DNA from: Acidimicrobiia bacterium
GTDB taxonomy: Bacteria; Actinomycetota; Acidimicrobiia; Spongiisociales; UBA5794
Direction: 5' to 3'
DNA length: 64,000 nt
Assembly (NCBI GenBank): GCA_026985095.1
Contig: JALSQW010000056.1
Coordinates: 7,144-71,143 of the forward strand
Part shown: positions 20,302 to 30,606 of the stretch, piece after piece
How positions within the stretch are numbered: position 1 is the first letter of the stretch
Layout of the letters: the number at the start of each line of letters is the position of its first letter
The notes under the pieces: model-generated
What the model was told of the DNA's origin: nothing
The model's input: only the letters and a program-made list of their open reading frames with translations
Database searches by the model: none
Position numbers and translations under genes: made by a program

Positions 20302-20442
20302 CGAGCGGGGCGGTGTGGTGTCGCCGAGGTCGGGTCGTCGGGTGGTTCGCTTCGGTGTCCTCGGTCGATATCGTGGCTCGGGAACCTGTAAGGATCGACG
20401 TTGCGACGCGTCTCCTCTTCGAAGCGACGAAAGGAACGACCG

Positions 20443-21276
20443 ATGAGGATGAGGACCTTGTCGATGATGTGCTGTCTGGCGTTCGTTGCCGCCGCCTGCG
20501 GCGGGGGAGGGACCGGTGCGACGACGACGCTCCCGCTCGCCGCGGCGACCACGTCGTCCACGACGTCGTCGTCCACGACGACGACCACGACACCGCCGGC
20601 GACGTCCACGTCGACGACGTCGTCCACGACGACGTCCAGCACCACGTCGACGACGACGACCACGATGCCGTCCACCACGACGACCACGACGGTCGCGGCC
20701 GCTTGCCCGACGGCACCGGCGATCCCGGTGGGCGCCACGGTGTCGGCGACCAAGAGCATCGACGCGGACGGCGATGCCGCCCTCGATGTGATGACGACCT
20801 ACCTGGTCGGCGCCGATTGGCATCTCCGGGTCGACTTCGGCGCGGGTGGAAGCGCCGACGTCGTCGTCCCGGACGTGTCGCCGCTGACCGGGGCGCTGGC
20901 GCTCGGCGCGTTCGACATCGAGGGTGACGGCACCGGCGAACTGTTCGTGAAGGTCGACGCCGGAGCTCACGCGATCCTCGTGGGGCTCTACGACGTGGAC
21001 GGGTGCGGGCTGGTTCCGATCACGATCGGTGGCGTGCCGGCGGTCTTCCCGGTCGGCGCCTCGGTGGGGAACTTCTCCGGGTTGAACTGCGACGGTTCGC
21101 TGCTGTGGACCTTCGAGGGCACCCTGATCGAGGGTTCCGAAGGGATGTACGAGGCGATGGACATCCCCTACACCCTCGAGGGGCACGTGCTGACCCAGGG
21201 CTTCGGGGACGGCGCGGTGGTGTCGGCCGACGAGATCGGGCCGCTGCTGACCTGCGGAGACGTGGACCTGGGATGA
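20443..21276 (+). CDS. lipoprotein with a Ser/Thr-rich linker, unknown function
   Basis: Lipobox FVAAAC follows the MRMRTLS start. The T/S tract is about 70 aa, followed by a folded domain with several Cys. Confidence 0.55.
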   Translation: MRMRTLSMMCCLAFVAAACGGGGTGATTTLPLAAATTSSTTSSSTTTTTTPPATSTSTTSSTTTSSTTSTTTTTMPSTTTTTTVAAACPTAPAIPVGATVSATKSIDADGDAALDVMTTYLVGADWHLRVDFGAGGSADVVVPDVSPLTGALALGAFDIEGDGTGELFVKVDAGAHAILVGLYDVDGCGLVPITIGGVPAVFPVGASVGNFSGLNCDGSLLWTFEGTLIEGSEGMYEAMDIPYTLEGHVLTQGFGDGAVVSADEIGPLLTCGDVDLG

Positions 21277-21279
21277 TCG

Positions 21280-21684
21280 TCAGGTGATCTTCGGCTCGTC
21301 CCGTCGGGTGGGCTGGGACAGGACGTACCAGGCGATGCCGAGGCCGAGGAGGCCGAGGGCGACCCGCAGGATCGTCGTCTCGTGCGACCACCAGATCGAC
21401 AGGGAGAAGGTGGCGGCGATGCCGACGGTGGCGACGACCTTGGAGCGGACGGTGAAGCCGCGCCCGGAGCGCCAGTCGCGTACGATCCCGCCGAAGAAGC
21501 GGTTGGTGGCCAGCCACCGGTCGAACCGTTCCGACGAGCGGGAGAACAAGAACGCGGCCAGCAGGACGAGGTCGACGGTGGGGATGAGCGGAAGGAACGC
21601 GCCGACGATGCCCACCGCGAGGGCGAGGAAGCCGAGGACGACGAGGAGCGCCCGCAGCGGACGGTTCTGCACGACGGTCGCCAT
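21280..21684 (-). CDS. DUF454 (YbaN) family inner membrane protein
   Basis: 134 aa with the FLPLIPTVDLVLLAAFLFSRSSERFDRWL signature. Confidence 0.7.
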   Translation of the reverse strand: MATVVQNRPLRALLVVLGFLALAVGIVGAFLPLIPTVDLVLLAAFLFSRSSERFDRWLATNRFFGGIVRDWRSGRGFTVRSKVVATVGIAATFSLSIWWSHETTILRVALGLLGLGIAWYVLSQPTRRDEPKIT

Positions 21685-21762
21685 GGCGCCAGGATACGGG
21701 GGCGGGGGACCGACAGCACGTCGGGGTGGGCGGTGACCGGCTGGTTGCGGCGGATCCGGGCG

Positions 21763-22521
21763 ATGGCGGCGCCGCAGGCCCGGACGTCGGGATTCCCGAC
21801 GAGCGGGAACGGCGCGTCGTCGTTCCATCTGTGGTGGTCGGTGCCCTACGGCAGGCTGTTGTCGGCGGCGGCGGTGACGCTGGAGGTCGTCGAGCCGCCG
21901 GTGGTCGACCGTCTCGTCTTCTGGGCCCTGCAGGTGTCGTTCGTCAAACCGGGTGGGGGAGGGGCCCATCTGGGTCTGCAGTGGAACCGGAGGCATCCCG
22001 GCGGGACGGCTGTCAACTGGGGTGGCTACGCACCCGACGGGTCGCTGCTGTCGGGGAGCGACTCGCTGCTGCCGTCGACCCCCGACGATCCGAACACGCG
22101 CGATCTGTCGTGGTGGCCGCGGCGGCCGTACCGGCTGTCGATCGTCCGTGCCGACGAGCAGACGGCCGGAGGCCTGTTCGGGTGGCGGGGGACGGTGACC
22201 GATCTGGAGGCGGGGACCGAGCATGTGGTCCGGGCGCTGTGGAGTCCGGGTGAGTTCCTGCGCGGGCCGGTGACGTGGGTCGAGTCGTTCCAGCGATGCG
22301 ACGATCCGTCGTTCGCGGTGCGGTGGTCCGACGCGGTGGTGGTCGACGACCGCGGCGAGCGTCACCGGGTCGACACGATGTCGGCCGACTATCAGCGGGT
22401 CGAGGCTGGTGGCTGCTCCAACACCGATGCGTCGGTCGATGCCCGGGGGTGGGTGCAGCGGACCAACGTCGAACGGGTGAACGCCCCCGGGAGCCGCCTG
22501 ATGCTGCCCCGGGGCGTGTGA
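21763..22521 (+). CDS. hypothetical protein
   Basis: 252 aa from the MAAPQ ATG. The upstream part of the 21382 ORF is Gly/Asp/Glu-rich junk overlapping the DUF454 gene. Confidence 0.45.
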   Translation: MAAPQARTSGFPTSGNGASSFHLWWSVPYGRLLSAAAVTLEVVEPPVVDRLVFWALQVSFVKPGGGGAHLGLQWNRRHPGGTAVNWGGYAPDGSLLSGSDSLLPSTPDDPNTRDLSWWPRRPYRLSIVRADEQTAGGLFGWRGTVTDLEAGTEHVVRALWSPGEFLRGPVTWVESFQRCDDPSFAVRWSDAVVVDDRGERHRVDTMSADYQRVEAGGCSNTDASVDARGWVQRTNVERVNAPGSRLMLPRGV

Positions 22522-22551
22522 CACGCCTGCGGGTAGCATGTGGCCCGCTTC

Positions 22552-22625
22552 GGGCGTTTAGCTCAGTTGGCGAGAGCGCTTCCCTTACAAGGAAGAGGTC
22601 GGCGGTTCGAGTCCGTCAACGCCCA
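22552..22625 (+). tRNA. tRNA-Val (anticodon TAC)
   Basis: Cloverleaf: acceptor GGGCGTT/AACGCCC, D-arm GCTC..GAGC, anticodon stem CTTCC/GGAAG with loop CTTACAA, T-arm GGCGG-TTCGAGT-CCGTC, discriminator A. Confidence 0.9.
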
Positions 22626-22695
22626 CCGGGCGGCGGCCGCCTATCGGCAAGGCAACGAAGAGCTCGGCGACGAGATCGTCGATCAGGCGGAGGAG

Positions 22696-23503
22696 TTGGC
22701 CATCGAGATCGCCACCACCAAGGCACAGCAGACCAACGAGCCGGGGGTGCTGCTGACGTTGGCGGCCCAGGCCCGGAGTCTCGGCCGGCCGGACATCGCC
22801 CAGAGGGTCATCGACAAGGCACTCGAGATCGTCACGGACGACCTGGCGTCGAGGACGGAGGGCGATACGGGCCTCGGGACGCCACCGTTCGATCCGTGCA
22901 CCGCCACCTTGGACGAGGCCCGTGAGTACATCGATGCGGTCGGTCGGGTGTTCATCCTCGGCGGTCACGAGACCACGACGGGCAGGAGGTGTCTCGCCAA
23001 CGTGAGGACGACCTACGAACGGGTGCACGACTATCAGCTCGCGGCCGACGAGTGCGGCAACCTGGTGTTCACGGCTATCGACGAGGTTCCCGGCTGGAGC
23101 GGGCTGATCGCGTTGGAGATGCGCACCTGCGACGCGTCGGGTGTGGACGGGCACGATGACGATCGACGTCACCCTCTCCGCCGGTGGCGGCACGGGTCGT
23201 CAGACGGGCGTCGCCGACGTCGCGGTGACCCTCGAGCTGGGCGACGTGCAGGCCTCGAACGGCATCCAGCTCGACCGCACGATGACCTTCGAGGCCGCAG
23301 GCGAGAGCGTGCAGGTGTCGAATCCGTTGGAGGGGACGATCACCTTCGGGGTCGACGCCCTGAACGCGACGGCCAGAGCCGTCGTGGACTTCCCGAGCTC
23401 GACCGAGACCGTGTCCGCCGAGGGCATGTCGTTCTCGATGCCGGTGCAGGGGATCCGCGCCGAGTTCACCGGCTCCCTCAGCCACGACGGCGAGTGCGGT
23501 TGA
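22696..23503 (+). pseudogene. disrupted/frameshifted hypothetical gene immediately 3' of tRNA-Val (two coding-like frames joined near 23141-23160)
   Basis: Frame 1 (22540 ORF) has coding GC3 from just after the tRNA but no ATG; only TTG 22696 or a nearby GTG could start it. It turns into Arg-rich junk after about 23160. Frame 2 (23141..23503) has coding GC3 and a proper stop. Confidence 0.4.
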
Positions 23504-23747
23504 TCCCGGCGGCCGAGGCCCCGAGATCGGTCCCGCCCACTCCCGCCGAGCCGGCCGCACGCTCTGCAGGCCAGAGGACGAGCGTGGACCGCACATGAGC
23601 ATCTTCCGGAAGCCCCGGGATCTCCCCTTCGCCGCGTCCAGGCCCCGAACCTGTTCCTCGGGCGTCCCCGTGAGAGACGTCCCAGCGCCGCGCCTTCTCA
23701 CCAGCGCCCACCTTTCCCTGTCTCGACGGTCATGACATGCGCTCCCT

Positions 23748-23795
23748 CGCGGTCTTCCGGATCCGCGGTCTTCCGGATCCGCGGTCTTCCGGATC
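23748..23795. repeat. perfect 16-bp direct tandem repeat x3 (cgcggtcttccggatc) in a 490-bp leader upstream of the peptide ABC operon
   Basis: Seen directly in the sequence. Each unit contains ggatcc and ccgcgg palindromic cores. Confidence 0.9.
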
Positions 23796-23993
23796 CGGCG
23801 GCGGATCGGCGGTCCGCGCCACCCGCCGTCGTCCACGACGATGCATCGCCCCGGAGCCTCTCGGAACCCGTCGGCCCCGCCCGGCATGGACCGTCCCTCG
23901 GGGCGAGCTCGCGCCGGCCCCTCCTATCGGGTAGCGTGGAGACGCGAGGGGCCACCCCCTGCGCCCCGCCCGCACGATGAGAGAGGAGTCGAG

Positions 23994-25679
23994 ATGAGAC
24001 GACTGCGATGGTTGGCGTTCCTCGCCGCACTGGCGATGGTCGCCGCCGCATGCGGAGGTTCCGCCCAGCCGACCACCACGACCGGGGCAACCGGCGGTAC
24101 CGAGGGCCCGACGACCACGACCACCACCCGAGCCCCGTCTCCCGACTTCGAGGGCGCCGTCCTCGACGCCGGAGGTTGCGACTACGGCGGCAAGGTCCAG
24201 AAGATCACCGCCGTCGACGAGTTCACGGTCGTCTTCGACCTGTGCAGCCCCGACCCGGCGTTCCTGGCCAAGATCGCCTTCGGCGTCTTCGGCATCCAGC
24301 CCGCCGAGCACCTCGAGGCGACCGGCGGCGCACCGATCACGAACCCGATCGGCACCGGTCCGTACAAGCTCGTCGAATGGGTGCAGGGCGACTCGGTCGT
24401 CTACGAGCGCTTCGACGACTACTACGGGGAGAAGCCCGCCCACAAGACGGCGGTGCTCCGATGGGCCACCGAAGGCGCCCAACGGCTCCTGGAGCTCCAG
24501 ACCGGCAACGTCGACGGGATCACCTTCCCGAGCACCGACGACTATCCGGTCATCGAAGGCGACCCGAACCTCGCCCTCGTCAACAAGCCGGAACCCAACA
24601 TCCTGTACGTCGGGATGACCAACACGTTCAAGCCGTTCGACGACGTGCGGGTCCGCAAGGCCATCGCCCTGGCCATCGACCGGCAGCGGATCGTCGACAC
24701 CTTCTATCCGCCGGGCTCCGAGGTGGCGTCGCACTTCACGCCGTGCTCGGTGAAGTTCGGCTGCGAAGGGGACCCCTGGTACGACTTCGATCCGGCCGAG
24801 GCCAAGAGGCTGCTCGCCGAAGCAGGCTTCCCCGACGGCTTCGCGACGAAGATCGGCTACCGCGACGTGTTCCGCGGCTACCTGCCCGAACCGGGCGCGG
24901 TCGCCCAGGACATCGCCGCACAGCTCGAGGAGAACCTCGGCCTCGACATCACCATCGAGGTGGTCGAGTCGGGTGAGTTCATCCAGACGACGACCCAGGG
25001 CAACTACGAGGGGTTGTACCTCCTGGGGTGGACGGGTGACTATCCGCACATCACGAACTTCCTCGACTTCCACTTCAACGCCGACAACCCGCAGTTCGGG
25101 AAGAACGATCCGTCGTACTACGAGCCGTTGGCAGAGGCCTCCAAGCAGGTCGACCCCGACCCGGCCCTGTACGCCGAGGCGAACAACGCCATCAAGGAGT
25201 TCGTCCCGATGGTGCCGGTGGTCCATTCGGTGACGGCCTTCGCCTACCGTGCCGACGTGAACGGCGCCTACGCACCGCCGTGGGGTCAGGTGCAGTTCCA
25301 CCTCATGGACAACGGCAAGGACACGTTCGTGTTCATGCAAGGCAACGAGCCCATCTCGTTGTACTGCGCCGACGAGTCCGACGGCGAGTCGCTGCGAGCC
25401 TGCGCCCAGGTGGTCGAAGCCCTCTACGACTACGACCCCGCCGGCGAGGTCGTGCCGCAGCTCGCCACCGAGTGCGTCGCCAACGCCGACCTGACCCAGT
25501 GGACCTGCTCGCTGCGGCAGGGTGTCAAGTTCCACGACGGGTCGGACCTCGACGCCAACGACGTGGTGGCCTCCTTCACGGCCGGGTTGGACGCATCCAG
25601 CCCCCTCCACGTGGGCAACTCGGGAGCCTTCGACTACTACTCGTACCTGTGGGACTCGCTCATCGGGGACGAGGGTTGA
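23994..25679 (+). CDS. ABC transporter substrate-binding lipoprotein, peptide/nickel family 5 (DppA/OppA-like)
   Basis: GAGAGGAG ribosome-binding site. Signal peptide plus lipobox AAC. Family-5 substrate-binding-protein length and motifs. Confidence 0.9.
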   Translation: MRRLRWLAFLAALAMVAAACGGSAQPTTTTGATGGTEGPTTTTTTRAPSPDFEGAVLDAGGCDYGGKVQKITAVDEFTVVFDLCSPDPAFLAKIAFGVFGIQPAEHLEATGGAPITNPIGTGPYKLVEWVQGDSVVYERFDDYYGEKPAHKTAVLRWATEGAQRLLELQTGNVDGITFPSTDDYPVIEGDPNLALVNKPEPNILYVGMTNTFKPFDDVRVRKAIALAIDRQRIVDTFYPPGSEVASHFTPCSVKFGCEGDPWYDFDPAEAKRLLAEAGFPDGFATKIGYRDVFRGYLPEPGAVAQDIAAQLEENLGLDITIEVVESGEFIQTTTQGNYEGLYLLGWTGDYPHITNFLDFHFNADNPQFGKNDPSYYEPLAEASKQVDPDPALYAEANNAIKEFVPMVPVVHSVTAFAYRADVNGAYAPPWGQVQFHLMDNGKDTFVFMQGNEPISLYCADESDGESLRACAQVVEALYDYDPAGEVVPQLATECVANADLTQWTCSLRQGVKFHDGSDLDANDVVASFTAGLDASSPLHVGNSGAFDYYSYLWDSLIGDEG

Positions 25680-25755
25680 TCCGAGCCGTAGGAACGGGAT
25701 CGGCGGGGGAGGCGTCTTCGGGCGCCTCCCCCGCACCCGCGCGCGTGACCCGCCG

Positions 25756-26835
25756 ATGATCGGCTACGTCGCCCGAAGGATCCTCCTGGCGATCCCGGTC
25801 CTCGTCGGGATCATGCTCGTGGTCTTCTTCCTTATCCGGGCCATCCCCGGGGATCCCTGCACCGCGCTGTTGGGGGAGCGAGCGACCGCCGAAGCATGCG
25901 CCCGCTTCAACGAAGCCAACGGACTGGACCAGCCCATCGTCGTCCAGCTCGGCATCTACATGAAGAACGTCGTCACGTTCAACCTCGGCGAGTCCGTGCG
26001 GTTCTCCCGACCCGTCAGTCAGCTCCTCATCGAACGACTTCCCCTGACCACCGAACTGGCGATGTCGGCCCTCCTCATCGCCGTCACCGTCGGCGTGCCG
26101 TTGGGCATCCTCGCCGCCCGCCGCCACAACACGATCGTGGACACGGCGACGATGGCGTTCGCCAACGTCGGGGTCTCGATGCCGGTGTTCTGGCTGGGGC
26201 TCATGCTCGCCTACCTGTTCGCCCTGGTCCTCGCCGACACGCCGCTGCACCTGCCGCCGTCGGGGCGATTGTCCGCCGGGGTCCTGTCGACGCCCTACTA
26301 CGAGGTGTGGGGATGGAACCTGCAGGAAGGCACCTTCTGGGCCGGACTGAACGAGTACATCTCCAACCACTACATCTTCAACAGCTTCATCACCGCCCAG
26401 TGGGAGGTGTTCGGGGACGCGGTCCGCCACATGATCCTCCCCGCCGTCGCGCTCGCCACGATCCCGCTGTCCATCATCGCCAGGATGACCCGATCGTCCC
26501 TCCTCGAGGTGATGGGCAAGGACTACATCCGCACGGCCCGGGCCAAAGGAGCCTCCGAACGCCAGGTCGTGCGACGCCATGCGCTGCGCAACGCCCTGCT
26601 GCCGGTGGTGACCATCATCGGCCTCCAGCTCGGCCTCCTCCTCGGCGGTGCGGTCCTCACCGAGACGATCTTCAACCTCGCCGGCGTCGGGCGGGCCCTC
26701 TTCGACGCCATCTTGGGACGCGACTACGCCATCGTCCAGGGCTTCACCGTCATCGTCGCCTCCATCTACGTCATCGTGAACCTGCTGGTCGACCTGTCCT
26801 ACGCCTACCTCGACCCGAGGATCAGGCTCGAATGA
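25756..26835 (+). CDS. ABC transporter permease (DppB/OppB-like)
   Basis: BPD_transp_1 permease with 6 TM helices. Confidence 0.9.
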   Translation: MIGYVARRILLAIPVLVGIMLVVFFLIRAIPGDPCTALLGERATAEACARFNEANGLDQPIVVQLGIYMKNVVTFNLGESVRFSRPVSQLLIERLPLTTELAMSALLIAVTVGVPLGILAARRHNTIVDTATMAFANVGVSMPVFWLGLMLAYLFALVLADTPLHLPPSGRLSAGVLSTPYYEVWGWNLQEGTFWAGLNEYISNHYIFNSFITAQWEVFGDAVRHMILPAVALATIPLSIIARMTRSSLLEVMGKDYIRTARAKGASERQVVRRHALRNALLPVVTIIGLQLGLLLGGAVLTETIFNLAGVGRALFDAILGRDYAIVQGFTVIVASIYVIVNLLVDLSYAYLDPRIRLE

Positions 26836-27821
26836 GCACCGAGAACACACCGCGCCGGCCCTCCCTCGCCGCCAAGGCCGCCCTCGTCGAGCAGCTCGAG
26901 ACGCAGGCCGGCGACGTGGGTCGCCTCTACGAGCGGCCTACCAGCCAGTGGCGGCTCGCCGCCCGCCGCTTCCGGGAGCGGAGATCCGGGATGATCGGGC
27001 TCGGCATCGTCGCCACGTTGCTGCTCGTCGCCTTGTTCGCCCCGGTGATCGCACCCTACGAGCCGACCGAGATCCTGATCGGCAAAGAGGACGTCACCCG
27101 CCGGTCGCCTCCATGCGTCCACGTCCTCGGATGCTCCGAAGACCAACCCCAACACATCCTCGGCGTCGACGGGAACGTCAGGGACGTGTTCTCGCGGATC
27201 GTCTACGGCTCCCGGGTGAGCCTCCGCCTCGGGTTCTTCACCGTCACCCTCGCCCTGGTCGTCGGCACCACCCTCGGTGCCATCGCCGGGTATCGGGGCG
27301 GTTGGCTCGACAACGGCATCATGCGCATCATGGACGTCGTTCTGGGTTTCCCCGCCCTGCTGCTCGCCATCGCCATCGTCGCCGTCCTGGGGCCCGGACT
27401 GACGAACGCCCTGATCGCCATCGCCATCGTCACGCTGCCCCAGTACGCCCGGGTGGTTCGGTCTCAGGTCCTCGCCCTCAAGGAATCCGACTACGTGGCG
27501 GCATCGAAGGCCCTCGGCTCCTCCGGGGCCCGGGTCCTGTTCCGCAGGATCATCCCCAACGCCCTCACCCCGCTGGTCGTCCTCGCCACCCTCGGGATCG
27601 CCACCGCCATCCTCGAGGCCGCCGGCCTGTCGTTCCTCGGCCTGGGCGCCCAGCCGCCCACCCCGGAGTGGGGAGCGATGCTCGCGGAGGAACGCAACCA
27701 GGTGTTCACCTCCCCCCACCTCGTGTTCTTCCCCGGCCTGGCGATCATGATCACCGTCTTGGGCTTCAACCTCATGGGCGACGGCCTCCGCGACGCCCTC
27801 GACCCCACCCTGAACGCATGA
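26832..27821 (+). CDS. ABC transporter permease (DppC/OppC-like)
   Basis: ATGA overlap with the upstream permease. N-terminal OppC domain plus EAA loop region. Confidence 0.9.
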   Translation: MSTENTPRRPSLAAKAALVEQLETQAGDVGRLYERPTSQWRLAARRFRERRSGMIGLGIVATLLLVALFAPVIAPYEPTEILIGKEDVTRRSPPCVHVLGCSEDQPQHILGVDGNVRDVFSRIVYGSRVSLRLGFFTVTLALVVGTTLGAIAGYRGGWLDNGIMRIMDVVLGFPALLLAIAIVAVLGPGLTNALIAIAIVTLPQYARVVRSQVLALKESDYVAASKALGSSGARVLFRRIIPNALTPLVVLATLGIATAILEAAGLSFLGLGAQPPTPEWGAMLAEERNQVFTSPHLVFFPGLAIMITVLGFNLMGDGLRDALDPTLNA

Positions 27822-28852
27822 CCGCCGAGCACCGGCGACCGGACGGCGCTCTCGCGGTCGACGACCCGCCGCTGCTGGAGGTCCACGACCTCCAGACCCA
27901 CTTCTTCACCCGCGACGGTGTCGTCCGCGCCGTCGACGGCATCGACCTCGAGGTGCGACCGGGAGAGGTGCTGGGGCTCGTCGGCGAATCCGGTTGCGGG
28001 AAGTCGGTCACGTCGTTGAGCATCATGGGTCTCGTTCCACATCCGGGCCGGATCATCGCCGGGCGCATCCTCTTCGACGGCGTCGACCTGACCGAGATGC
28101 GAGCCGCGGACCTGCGGCGCTTGCGGGGTGAGCACATGTCGATGATCTTCCAACAGCCGTCCTCGGCGCTCAATCCCGTCCACCGCGTCGGCGCCCAGAT
28201 CAAGGAGGTCTTCGAGCTCCACCGCGACTGGTCCAAGGACGTGGCCGACGAGAAGGTCGTCGAGATGCTGGCGCGGGTGGGCATCCCCGATCCCGCCCGG
28301 CGGGCCCTCGCCTATCCCCACGAGCTCTCCGGTGGGATGGCGCAGCGGGTGATGATCGCCATGGCCCTGGCCTGCGAACCCGAGCTCCTCATCGCCGACG
28401 AGCCGACAACCGCCCTCGACGTCACCATCCAGGCGCAGATCCTCGATCTCATGCGGGAGCTCCAGGCGTCGGAAGGAACCGCCGTCGTCCTCATCACCCA
28501 CGACCTCGGCGTCGTCGCCGAGATGGCCGACCGGGTCGCCGTCATGTACGCCGGCAAGATCGTCGAGGAGGCCGACGTCCGGACCCTGTTCAACGCACCG
28601 CAGCACCCGTACACCCGAGGCCTGCTCGGAGCGATCCCCGTGCTGGGTCAGCCCAAGGCGCGTCTGGCCACCATCCCCGGCGTGGTGCCGTCCCTCGTCG
28701 ACCTCCCGCCCGGCTGCCGGTTCGCCTCGCGTTGCGCGGCTCGGATCGAGAACCGCCTCACCGAATGCACCGAGGCCGAGCCGCCTCTCGTGGAGACCGA
28801 GCCCGGTCATCGGGTCCGCTGCTGGCTGTACGGGGAACCGGCCGATGGATGA
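27818..28852 (+). CDS. ABC transporter ATP-binding protein (DppD/OppD-like)
   Basis: Walker A GESGCGKS, signature LSGGMAQR, Walker [13 protein letters not shown], and an oligopeptide C-terminal domain. ATGA overlap with the upstream gene. Confidence 0.9.
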   Translation: MTAEHRRPDGALAVDDPPLLEVHDLQTHFFTRDGVVRAVDGIDLEVRPGEVLGLVGESGCGKSVTSLSIMGLVPHPGRIIAGRILFDGVDLTEMRAADLRRLRGEHMSMIFQQPSSALNPVHRVGAQIKEVFELHRDWSKDVADEKVVEMLARVGIPDPARRALAYPHELSGGMAQRVMIAMALACEPELLIADEPTTALDVTIQAQILDLMRELQASEGTAVVLITHDLGVVAEMADRVAVMYAGKIVEEADVRTLFNAPQHPYTRGLLGAIPVLGQPKARLATIPGVVPSLVDLPPGCRFASRCAARIENRLTECTEAEPPLVETEPGHRVRCWLYGEPADG

Positions 28853-29840
28853 ACCGCTCGTCCGGGTCCGGGGCCTCGTCAAGCGCTTCCCCGTCAAGGG
28901 CGGCTTGCTGCAGCGAACCGTGGCCCACGTCGACGCGGTCGCCGGTGTCGACCTCGACATCCCCAGAGGCCAGACGGTCGGGCTCGTCGGTGAGTCCGGC
29001 TGCGGCAAGACGACCCTGGGCCGGATGCTCGTGCGGCTCCTCGAACCCACCGCCGGGACGATCCGGTTCGACGGGACCGACGTCACCCGGCTCGCCGGCA
29101 AGGACCTGCTCGCCTTCCGTCGTCGAGCCCAGATCATCTTCCAGGATCCGTTCGGATCGCTCGATCCCCGCGCCCAGGTGGGCGAGCAGATCGCCGAGGG
29201 TCTCCAGATCCACGGGATCGGCGATCGGGACGAGCGCCGGCAGAGGGTCGGCGAGATGCTCGAGCTCGTCGGACTCAAACGCGACCATGCCGGCCGCTAT
29301 CCGCACGAGTTCTCCGGAGGGCAGCGGCAGCGAATCGGGATCGCCAGGGCGCTCATCCTCCGTCCGGACTTCGTCGTGGCCGACGAGCCGGTGTCGGCCC
29401 TGGACGTGTCCGTCCAGGCCCAGGTCCTCAACCTCCTGCGCGACCTGCAGTCCGAGCTCGACCTCACCGTGCTGTTCGTCGCCCACAACCTGTCGGTGGT
29501 CGAACACGTCGCCGACACCGTCGCCGTGATGTACCTGGGACGGATCGTCGAGATCACCGACCGGGACACCCTCTACCGCCGACCGCTGCACCCCTACACG
29601 GAGGCGTTGTTGTCGGCGATCCCGATCCCGGACCCCGACCGCCCCCGGAACCGGCGCATCCTGCAGGGGGAGATCCCATCGCCCCTCGATCCGCCGGCGG
29701 GCTGCCACTTCCATCCTCGCTGTCCGATCGCCGAGCAGGGTCGCTGTGACGTGGACCGACCCGAGCTGCTCCCGGCTCCCGGCGTCCCGACCCATCTCGT
29801 GGCCTGTCATCTCCGGACCGACCGGGCGGCGACCGTCTGA
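28845..29840 (+). CDS. ABC transporter ATP-binding protein (DppF/OppF-like)
   Basis: Walker [10 protein letters not shown], signature FSGGQRQR, Walker [12 protein letters not shown]. Confidence 0.9.
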   Translation: MDEPLVRVRGLVKRFPVKGGLLQRTVAHVDAVAGVDLDIPRGQTVGLVGESGCGKTTLGRMLVRLLEPTAGTIRFDGTDVTRLAGKDLLAFRRRAQIIFQDPFGSLDPRAQVGEQIAEGLQIHGIGDRDERRQRVGEMLELVGLKRDHAGRYPHEFSGGQRQRIGIARALILRPDFVVADEPVSALDVSVQAQVLNLLRDLQSELDLTVLFVAHNLSVVEHVADTVAVMYLGRIVEITDRDTLYRRPLHPYTEALLSAIPIPDPDRPRNRRILQGEIPSPLDPPAGCHFHPRCPIAEQGRCDVDRPELLPAPGVPTHLVACHLRTDRAATV

Positions 29841-29935
29841 GACGGCGTCGACCCGGAAGGTCGCATCGGGACTTCCCGCCCTACCCGTCGGTCGCCCCAG
29901 GGTGCATCCTCGATGCGGCGACGAAGGGAGATGTC

Positions 29936-30172
29936 ATGGTCGACGAGCTCGGCACCGAGATCGAGGAGCTGTCGCGGATCGTCACGGACCTGGCCAACCT
30001 GATGACCCGGCTCCTCGAAGCACGCGGATCGGCGCTCGCCGTCGAAGCGCAAGAGCTGACCGATCGGGCACGGGCGACCCATCACCGGATCCAGTCCTAC
30101 CGCTACCCGGAGCCCCAACAGGACCGAGCGCGGCCGGTCACCCCTCCCGGGGGGCCGCCCCGGCCACGATGA
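29936..30172 (+). CDS. small hypothetical protein (78 aa)
   Basis: GAAGGGAG ribosome-binding site upstream. GC3 is high. It is convergent and overlapping with the next ORF. Confidence 0.3.
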   Translation: MVDELGTEIEELSRIVTDLANLMTRLLEARGSALAVEAQELTDRARATHHRIQSYRYPEPQQDRARPVTPPGGPPRPR

Positions 30173-30473
30173 GCTGGACGGACATGAGGTTCTCGAGGAG
30201 GCGCGCGTAGAGGGGGAGGCGACTCGGCGCGCAGCATCCGATCTGGAGCCGGCCGATCTGTGCACCGGCGTTCTCGAGGACGGCGAGCACCGCCGGCGCG
30301 GCCGCCGGGTCGTCCCGCATCGCGGCGAGACGCGACCGGCCGGCGGCCAACGTGTCCGCCAACGCCGCCATCTTCGGGCTGCGCCCCGGTTCACAGCACC
30401 GCGCCTCCAGCTCGGCGACCGCCTCGTCGCAATCGTCGAGCAGGTCGAACGCGGGATCGAGCGCCGTCGTCAT
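30138..30473 (-). CDS. small Cys-pair-containing hypothetical protein (111 aa; DDCDE, RCCEPG, GCCAPS motifs)
   Basis: Coding GC3 from MTTALDP. There is no obvious ribosome-binding site. Confidence 0.35.
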   Translation of the reverse strand: MTTALDPAFDLLDDCDEAVAELEARCCEPGRSPKMAALADTLAAGRSRLAAMRDDPAAAPAVLAVLENAGAQIGRLQIGCCAPSRLPLYARLLENLMSVQLIVAGAAPREG

Positions 30474-30606
30474 GGGCGTGCAGCGTAGTGGAGGCACCAC
30501 ACCGAGGGCCACGGCCGGCATGCGCATCGAGCGGTCGCCGGAGACGCGACGGATCCAGCCCGGTCGAGATGATCGCTCCGCCCGGGTCCGAGGGTGCGGC
30601 CGTCGC

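Noticed and set aside
22540-22626. Start of the 352-aa ORF at GTG 22540
   Set aside because: It runs straight through tRNA-Val. A CDS cannot plausibly begin inside the tRNA, so any real coding starts after 22627.
23730-25736. 668-aa minus-strand ORF; also 25660..26850(-) and 27491..29278(-)
   Set aside because: These are antisense to the five peptide ABC transporter genes. One passes through the 16-bp repeats, producing repeated IRKTADPEDRGSGRPR peptides, which is an artefact of the tandem repeat.
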